The translations under genes and the position numbers were made by a program. Below are positions 9,349 through 15,782 of a DNA stretch of 25,368 nt, piece after piece. The notes under the pieces were generated by a model that saw only the letters and a list, made by a program, of their open reading frames with translations, did no database searches and was not told the origin of the DNA. This DNA is from a virus (Duplodnaviria > Caudoviricetes), in IMG/VR virus record IMGVR_UViG_3300011443_000051, positions 1 through 25,368 of that record, one strand, 5' to 3'. Position 1 is the first letter of the stretch. Every line of letters begins with the position of its first letter.

Positions 9349-10338
9349 TTAAAATTCGTTTAGGAACCTCTTAACGTCTTTCCACTCCTCTAGAGTTCTA
9401 GCCCAATTGAAGTGGGAGCGCTCTCGCGCACTTTCACAGCTAAAGTCATAGGTGGCAAGCAGCCAATTTAGTTTGTCTTCCCACTCGTCGAAGTCATCAT
9501 GACGTTCACAGAAGTTCGCAGCCCAACCCATAGCCTCTCTAGTTCCAGCTGTATCTGTGAGTAGACTTGGGATGCCTGAACAAGCTGACTCCACCGCAAC
9601 CCTTCCATAAGATTCATATTTAGAAGGAACGAGCACAACTTTTGACTGCCGGTACACATCCAGGATGTTATTTGTGTGAGGTAGGATCGTAACGTTTCCA
9701 GGTAGATCAGATGGAATATACTGGTCCCCGTACCCACCTTGAACCCCAAGAAACTTTTCGTGGGGAAAGCGTCTAGCCAACTCATAGAAGGTCAGTCCAC
9801 CCTTATCATAGGATAGTTTATTGGTTGTCCCGATAGTTAGGTTGATGAGGGTGATGTACTCTCTGGTTGTCTCAACGGTGTATCTCTTGGGATCTACCGG
9901 AGGGTGGAAGAGTACCTTAGGGATTCGAAGAGGGACACTTTTGTAAGCTCCCATAATCCATTCGGTATTATAGATTAGACCGTGAGCATACTTCTCAGCT
10001 GACCCGACACAGTAGTCCTGATCATTGTGGAGGAGATGAATAGCTTTCTTCTTATGTTTCTCTGCGACCATTCCTGATCTAGCAGCACACTCTAGGTGTG
10101 AAATAATTAAATCATTGGTTGGGAAGTACAACTCAGGATCTCTCTTAGATGAGTGAGCCTGGACCTTGACCCCATCGAGTACGTAACTACCTGAACCGTC
10201 AGGATGTGGTTTGCTCAGGAGAGCAGTCGTGGTATGCTTCTCAAGACGGAGTAGTCGCATAATATCGTGTAGTGTGGTTTCCGCTCCGCCGTTATGTCCG
10301 GAGCCTACGTAAGCGTGGGAGTAACTAAGGATGTTCAA
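9349..10338 (-). CDS. Glycosyltransferase, GT-B fold (GT4-like)
   Basis: 329 aa; N-terminal GGAE motif, YNTEW, DKGG, and C-terminal VLVPSKYESYGRVAVESACSGIP (E-x7-E motif). TTG start with AGGA RBS. Confidence 0.92.
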   Translation of the reverse strand: MNILSYSHAYVGSGHNGGAETTLHDIMRLLRLEKHTTTALLSKPHPDGSGSYVLDGVKVQAHSSKRDPELYFPTNDLIISHLECAARSGMVAEKHKKKAIHLLHNDQDYCVGSAEKYAHGLIYNTEWIMGAYKSVPLRIPKVLFHPPVDPKRYTVETTREYITLINLTIGTTNKLSYDKGGLTFYELARRFPHEKFLGVQGGYGDQYIPSDLPGNVTILPHTNNILDVYRQSKVVLVPSKYESYGRVAVESACSGIPSLLTDTAGTREAMGWAANFCERHDDFDEWEDKLNWLLATYDFSCESARERSHFNWARTLEEWKDVKRFLNEF

Positions 10339-10568
10339 TGATTGATCCTATACTTGTTTTCTTAAGGAGAAAAAGAGAGGAGGCTAAAATGAGCCGTAAC
10401 AGCCTGTACTACAAAGAGGCGTTGCTTTGCCCAGCCACCGTCCGTGGTTGGGAGATCGGAGAGAAGTCCCCTAAGTTGCGGGACCTTCGTATTCTCGCAG
10501 AACGTCTCGGTTATGAGGTCTGCTTAAAACCAATTAACGGAGAGGGGGAGGAATACCTCCCCCTCTGA
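10338..10568 (+). CDS. XRE/Cro-family helix-turn-helix DNA-binding protein
   Basis: 76 aa; LRRKREEAKMS...ATVRGWEIGEKSPKLRDLRILAERLG matches the HTH_XRE pattern. It exactly fills the gap between the capsid and GT genes; AAGGA RBS. Confidence 0.85.
   Translation: MIDPILVFLRRKREEAKMSRNSLYYKEALLCPATVRGWEIGEKSPKLRDLRILAERLGYEVCLKPINGEGEEYLPL
10541..10566. terminator. Strong hairpin after the major capsid gene (terminator or mRNA-stabilising)
   Basis: 11-bp stem AGAGGGGGAGG/CCTCCCCCTCT with a 4-nt loop, 6 nt past the capsid stop. It lies where the capsid and HTH genes converge; the U-tract is weak. Confidence 0.7.
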
Positions 10569-10572
10569 CCGA

Positions 10573-11586
10573 TTAGGAGAGAGTCTGGTCCTGTAGTACC
10601 CAGAACGGGTAGAGGTTACCGAGGTGACGAACGGGGTTCACCACGACGTAGGCAATTCTCATAACCGCTCTTAGAACCTTACCGTCTTGCTGGAAGGCGG
10701 AGTAGGTGATAGCACCCGTAGTTGGGTCGAAGATAGTAGCTGAGTCAGAGATACTGAAGGTGATATCCTGTCGAATACCAATCCGTACCTTGTCCCATTC
10801 TCCTGCGAGCAGGAGAGCTAGTTCCTTGTCCCAAGTTCCATTCTTAACTTCCTCGATGGGAAGGCCATAGATTGTACCCGGGAAGCCTGCTGACGGAGGA
10901 GAGTAGATGGGGAACCCATCTGCTGACCGGAGAGCCGGTAGCTTCCACTTGAAACCAGGACCACTGAGGAACCCGGTAACGTCAACACCCTCTTCGCCTG
11001 CCTCTTCACCCAGTAGGGCGATATCAGCAGCTAGGTCATCGGTACTTCCAACGGTAACAATGTTACCGTGTAGGATAGCATTCTCGACGATACCCGGCTC
11101 AGCGAACGGTGAGTCAACACCATAGAGTACAGCGTCATCAATCTTCTTTGCCATCTCAGTAGCGATCAACGGACGAATCTCGTCGAACAGTGGAGCCCCT
11201 GAGTCAGCTACGTAGTTATCCGGGATCGGAACCATAACAGCTAGTTCCTCAGCAGCCAAACTCCGGTTATTCCAAGTTACCTTGGTGGTCTTTTTCGGCT
11301 GAGAGTCCTTAGCTCTCTGTGAACCTGAAGCGTTGTTGACGCTATCTCCAGAAGAGGTCAACGGGTAGTCAACTGTACCTGACTGCCAGTAGGCGGAAGG
11401 GAAGCTCTCTAGGAGAGTTAGCCGTTCCTGCCGTGTAGACATCTTGTGTACTTTAGCTAGCCGTAGGGCTACTGAAGCCTGCTCAACGTCCTTAATGACC
11501 TCACGGGCGACCTTTTCGGGAAGCTCTCTCGCATCAGTACCGGACTCTTCACGTTCTAGTCTCTTAGCGTAATTTGCATCTGCCAT
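10573..11586 (-). CDS. Major capsid protein (HK97 fold)
   Basis: Motifs EELAVMVPIP, KKIDDAVLYG, LRSADGFPIY, GEWDKVRIGIRQDITF and FQQDGKVLRAVMR. ATG at 11586 has a well-spaced GAAAGGA RBS (the track starts at GTG 11595). Confidence 0.95.
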   Translation of the reverse strand: MADANYAKRLEREESGTDARELPEKVAREVIKDVEQASVALRLAKVHKMSTRQERLTLLESFPSAYWQSGTVDYPLTSSGDSVNNASGSQRAKDSQPKKTTKVTWNNRSLAAEELAVMVPIPDNYVADSGAPLFDEIRPLIATEMAKKIDDAVLYGVDSPFAEPGIVENAILHGNIVTVGSTDDLAADIALLGEEAGEEGVDVTGFLSGPGFKWKLPALRSADGFPIYSPPSAGFPGTIYGLPIEEVKNGTWDKELALLLAGEWDKVRIGIRQDITFSISDSATIFDPTTGAITYSAFQQDGKVLRAVMRIAYVVVNPVRHLGNLYPFWVLQDQTLS

Positions 11587-11619
11587 GTCTTTCACATCCT
11601 TTCTATAAGGGGATTAGGT

Positions 11620-12126
11620 TTAAGCTTTGTTCCAAGCGTCAGCGAACCAATCATTAATTGATTCGTTTAGATCCTTACCAACAGCTGTACCTCTTTGACC
11701 GGCAAAAAAGTCAGCAGGCTTAGCAGGCTTGGCGCTCTTAGCGATGAGTTTCTTAGCCTTAGCTGTTAGCTCATCTTCGGTTTCGCCAGTTAAGAACTCA
11801 ACGAGTTCCGGATCAAGACCTGTCTTGATGGCAACCGAGTTACGTAGATTTTCTAGCCTAAGGTTCTTAGCCTCTTCAGCTAGCTTCTCTTTGTCCTCTG
11901 TGAGACGTTCTAGATCTGTCTTCTGGGAGCGAACATGTTCCTCCCACTTGGAAGCCTTCTCTTCGTTCTCCTTACTCTGTACTCTCCGAGCAGCAGCCTC
12001 TTTGCGGACCTTGTCCAATTCTTTGAGAGCGTCCTTTAGGTTGTCAATTCGTGAGCCTGAGTCCGAGGACTCCGTAACTACTACTTCCTCTGTGGTTTCC
12101 TGAACCTCATTAACTTCTTCTGACAT
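11620..12126 (-). CDS. Capsid scaffolding protein
   Basis: 168 aa charged coiled-coil; motifs VRKEAAARR, KTDLER and FLTGETEDELTAKAKKL; between portal and capsid genes. Confidence 0.9.
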   Translation of the reverse strand: MSEEVNEVQETTEEVVVTESSDSGSRIDNLKDALKELDKVRKEAAARRVQSKENEEKASKWEEHVRSQKTDLERLTEDKEKLAEEAKNLRLENLRNSVAIKTGLDPELVEFLTGETEDELTAKAKKLIAKSAKPAKPADFFAGQRGTAVGKDLNESINDWFADAWNKA

Positions 12127-12167
12127 ACTTCTTCCCCTTTTCCTGAAAGGTTGACTTATAAATCCAT

Positions 12168-13694
12168 CTAGGATTTAGGCTTAGGTTTAGACGTGGGTTT
12201 TGGTTTGGCCTTTACCGCAGCTACAGCATTCTGACCTTGCTGTTTAGCTACACCCATATCTCCATCTTCCGCTTGCTGACCCTGCTCAAGGGCCATCTCT
12301 TGAGCCATCTTTTGCTGTTCCTCGAACTGTTCTTTAGCCGAGGCGATCTGGTCGTTAGTGAACAAACCAGTAACCTTCATAGCGATATCTAGGGCTACTC
12401 CACCAGCAGTTAACTTACTGAATAGATCACCAAGACCAGCGAGGTCCTTAACCTCAGCGTCCCTCCACAGAGTGACTACCTCAGTCTCTTTCGCTTTTGC
12501 TGTATCGCCATCAATCTTGAAGGCAAGTCTCATTACTCTTTCATAAGCCCAACCGACAGCTTCCTGTCGTAGTCTAATCTTTGTTACTAAGGCTGACTGG
12601 TCCTGAGTTAGGGTATCCCCTGATACGTTAACCATCCTATTCATTAGATAGGTGGCGGGTGTCCCTGTGACGGCAGCCAAATGGCCAACATCGTCATTGA
12701 TAGCAGCATTAATCTGAGTGAAGTCAACAGCATCAAACTGACCGAACTTGGCTTCCTGATTAACAGTCGCCCAAACCATGTCAGCGCCAGCTTTAAACTC
12801 TTCGCCCTTTTTAGCTCCGGTCATCCATCGCTGGTTGAACGCCTGACTCTTAGAGAGGACCATTCGCTCCAACATCACGGTATTAATACGATCCTGAATG
12901 TCGATGACACCCTCGAACTCGCCTCTCCCGAGGGAGCCGAACGCTGGTTGCCAGTTCACCCGAATCAACGTCACCTCACCTACGGGGTTAGGCTGCTCAT
13001 CTACGAGCTTGAAACCTCCGGCCGCAGCACTCCGACCTACAAGAATCTGAGTCAAAGAAGCAATATCGGTTCCTACGTAATCAGTGATAGTTGGACCCTG
13101 GTAGAGCAAGATAGATTCTGGTAGATATAGAACCGCCCAAATGGTTTGACTTGCGTCATCTTGCCACATCTTTAGGCCAGCAAGCAACCTAGTCGGGTGA
13201 CGTGGGTCAGACTCAGTGATACATAGCCGGGGATCTTCTGCTGTAATAATAGGAAGACCATCACCATCTTCATCCTCCTCTAGTGGAGGAGCTACGAGTA
13301 CGTAAGCATCCCCAAACACAGAAGCCGTGTTAATGATAATAGAACTCTGAAGATCCATGTTATTAGCGGTCCAGATCTTCTTGGCATCCTCATCTTCTTG
13401 GGACTCTGGGCCAAACTGGAATCCATTAACTTTCATACGATTGGTTACAGCCTGAGCAATCAGGACACAATAATTAGTTCTGCACTTTCTCTGTAGCTCA
13501 CGTAGCGCAACCACGTATCTCTTATCACCATTAGGGTAGTCATGGTTTCCAAGCATATATCGTTCTAATCTGTCATACCTTGTTTGACGACTTAGGAGAC
13601 GTTGGGTCAGTCTAGTTAGGTACCATCTCGGAGATCCGGGGGTGATTACTTCACCATCTATGACCGTCCCATCCATCGGTTGTGACACCGACAT
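12168..13694 (-). CDS. Portal protein (SPP1 gp6-like, actinophage type)
   Basis: 508 aa; motifs RLERYMLG, TNYCVLIA, IWTANNMD, VIDIQDRIN, QAFNQRW, KFGQF and NVSGD. Confidence 0.95.
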   Translation of the reverse strand: MSVSQPMDGTVIDGEVITPGSPRWYLTRLTQRLLSRQTRYDRLERYMLGNHDYPNGDKRYVVALRELQRKCRTNYCVLIAQAVTNRMKVNGFQFGPESQEDEDAKKIWTANNMDLQSSIIINTASVFGDAYVLVAPPLEEDEDGDGLPIITAEDPRLCITESDPRHPTRLLAGLKMWQDDASQTIWAVLYLPESILLYQGPTITDYVGTDIASLTQILVGRSAAAGGFKLVDEQPNPVGEVTLIRVNWQPAFGSLGRGEFEGVIDIQDRINTVMLERMVLSKSQAFNQRWMTGAKKGEEFKAGADMVWATVNQEAKFGQFDAVDFTQINAAINDDVGHLAAVTGTPATYLMNRMVNVSGDTLTQDQSALVTKIRLRQEAVGWAYERVMRLAFKIDGDTAKAKETEVVTLWRDAEVKDLAGLGDLFSKLTAGGVALDIAMKVTGLFTNDQIASAKEQFEEQQKMAQEMALEQGQQAEDGDMGVAKQQGQNAVAAVKAKPKPTSKPKPKS

Positions 13695-13705
13695 TCACCT
13701 CCCTC

Positions 13706-15298
13706 TTAATATGAAAAGACCGTATACTGTCTATCTACTAGCGCTCCATCTTGGATAGCTAGAGCCGCAGCTTCAACAGCAAGTACGGAAGCTTGAGCAG
13801 CACTAATATAACTACGGCTGTATGGAGTCTCTTTACGAATGATAAAACCACCAGGAACCTCTTCTGAGTGAGTGTTTAGGACATGTCTTGAGATGTCTTC
13901 GTCGTTCCATTTGATTCGTCCACCTTCAACAAACTTCTCAAACTGTTGAACAGCCCTACTGAATTTGCCTTTGTTAGAGAACCAGAACTCCTCAACTACA
14001 TCCTCATAGTCTGCGTACCATTTGGAGATGACATCTCTCCGACTAACAGGGTCAGCTACCAGTTTGATACAGTCGTAGTAGTCCAGGATGTTGCGGACTC
14101 TCGCATCAACCTCATCCCATGGAACTTCCCAATCAGTCTTACCAGTACGTCTACCTGTTTCTTTGTCTGTGCCTTGCTGTCTGAAGTCTAAGGGTGGTTC
14201 CCAAAAACCAAGGTTGAATAGTCCACCATCAGTTAGTCTGTAACCAACCAAGGAGGCAGCACCCCTATTAATGGAACCCTTGAAGCCGAGGGCTATTTTG
14301 TCACCTCGACGAAGCTTAATCTTCATATCTCTACAGCTCATCCACTCTGCGAACTTGAGCCAGCTTGAGGGTGGCCTTACTCGCTGATTGAAATAGAATC
14401 TCCGAGAGATGGACTCAGCGTACTGAGGGTCATTGATCTCTTGCCAAATACGATCTAGGTCAATCCATCCTGTAACAGGATGAGCAGCATCCCCATATAC
14501 GAATTGGAGAGCAGGCCATGCCTTCTCCTTATCGAAGATGTCATCAATGACTACCTCACGAGTATCGAAGAGTAGACCTGAAGCTACGCTGTCTTTCTCT
14601 TTCATCTCTTCGTAAGCGTCATGTGTCTTCTCAGCTACCGAGTTCTGTCCGGGGATGGGAGCGTTAGTGGTTTCAATGAACCGACCACCCATCTTAGCTA
14701 GGTTACGAGATAGAGCTTCGTGGAGTTCAGGACCTTGTTCTGCCGGAACCCATAGGTGTGTCTCGTCCATAACTACGAAGGTTGCTCGGTTACCCTCACG
14801 GCCTCTTGGGGACGCGGTAACCTTCTCTAACTTCCTACCTCCAGGGTGAACAGATTTAGCTAACATAACATCCAGACCTGGATATTCGTTATAGACCTCG
14901 CCCTGCATCAACATTTCACGACACAACGAGTAGGTGTTTTCAGCCTGGCTATCTGAGATAGCGGCGATTTGTACTAGAGGAGTAGGAGCAGGAATAGCGA
15001 CAGGCTTACCACTAGCATCCCAGCCGTCAAATCTAACTGGTCCCATAAATTCCGTGCAACAGATAGCAGCCAACAGAGGAGATTTACCCCAACCCTTTGG
15101 ACGTTCAAGTACAGCCTTCCGATATAAGAATTTGCCTGATCGATCTACGGCATAAAACCATAAGATGAACATAGCTTGTTCGTTTGAGTAAACCCATCTT
15201 TCTCCTTGGTACTTACCGTCAGGCTGAGCTAAATATTCACTTCCCCATTCGAGGACGTCCCAGCCCAAGGTATACTTAGGAATTCCTACTGGTAACAT
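13706..15298 (-). CDS. terL: Terminase large subunit (ATPase intact; nuclease site atypical)
   Basis: Walker A RPKGWGKS, Walker B FVVMDETH, coupling motif TTNA, RRFYFNQ. ATG at 15298 follows a CAGGAGG RBS (530 aa); the track start at 15364 overlaps terS. Confidence 0.95.
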   Translation of the reverse strand: MLPVGIPKYTLGWDVLEWGSEYLAQPDGKYQGERWVYSNEQAMFILWFYAVDRSGKFLYRKAVLERPKGWGKSPLLAAICCTEFMGPVRFDGWDASGKPVAIPAPTPLVQIAAISDSQAENTYSLCREMLMQGEVYNEYPGLDVMLAKSVHPGGRKLEKVTASPRGREGNRATFVVMDETHLWVPAEQGPELHEALSRNLAKMGGRFIETTNAPIPGQNSVAEKTHDAYEEMKEKDSVASGLLFDTREVVIDDIFDKEKAWPALQFVYGDAAHPVTGWIDLDRIWQEINDPQYAESISRRFYFNQRVRPPSSWLKFAEWMSCRDMKIKLRRGDKIALGFKGSINRGAASLVGYRLTDGGLFNLGFWEPPLDFRQQGTDKETGRRTGKTDWEVPWDEVDARVRNILDYYDCIKLVADPVSRRDVISKWYADYEDVVEEFWFSNKGKFSRAVQQFEKFVEGGRIKWNDEDISRHVLNTHSEEVPGGFIIRKETPYSRSYISAAQASVLAVEAAALAIQDGALVDRQYTVFSY

Positions 15299-15317
15299 CC
15301 TAACCTCCTGGGTTATT

Positions 15318-15782
15318 CTATGGATCAATAATTGGTTGGTTCCCCAACCTAGTAGCATAATCAACTACGTCTTCAACAGCTGTCTTAATCTCTGAGTCCT
15401 GAATAGCTTCCTTAGTTCTCCTAGGAGAACCTAGGCCGAGTCGAATACGGTCCTCTACTGAGGCTCCAAACATTCCTTCTCGCTTCCGTAGCTCACCTGT
15501 GAGAGCAGCCAAAGCTGTATGACTACAACCATTCATAATTTTGTCATGAACGATCGCAGCAACATAAAGTGATTCCCAGTCCAAGTCAGTGGTATACATA
15601 GCCTGAGGTGAATCTCTCCATTGAGTCCACCAGAACCTAGTTGAGGGGTGCCAAACCTTATCCTTATCACGACTCTCTAAAGCGAATCCTCTCCGTGTAC
15701 CATCCCATTCAGGGAAAGTAACGGACTCCGGAACGAATACCTTGTTGCGTCTAGACTCTGTATCTTTCGGTGGACGTCCCAT
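15318..15782 (-). CDS. terS: Terminase small subunit
   Basis: 154 aa directly upstream of terL; motifs MGRPPK, WHPSTRFWWTQWRDSPQA, DWESL and ELRKREGMFGASVEDRIRL match actinophage small terminases. Confidence 0.88.
   Translation of the reverse strand: MGRPPKDTESRRNKVFVPESVTFPEWDGTRRGFALESRDKDKVWHPSTRFWWTQWRDSPQAMYTTDLDWESLYVAAIVHDKIMNGCSHTALAALTGELRKREGMFGASVEDRIRLGLGSPRRTKEAIQDSEIKTAVEDVVDYATRLGNQPIIDP

Noticed and set aside
15299-15364. 22-aa N-terminal extension of TerL in the ORF track
   Set aside because: Overlaps terS; the ATG at 15298 has a clear AGGAGG RBS.
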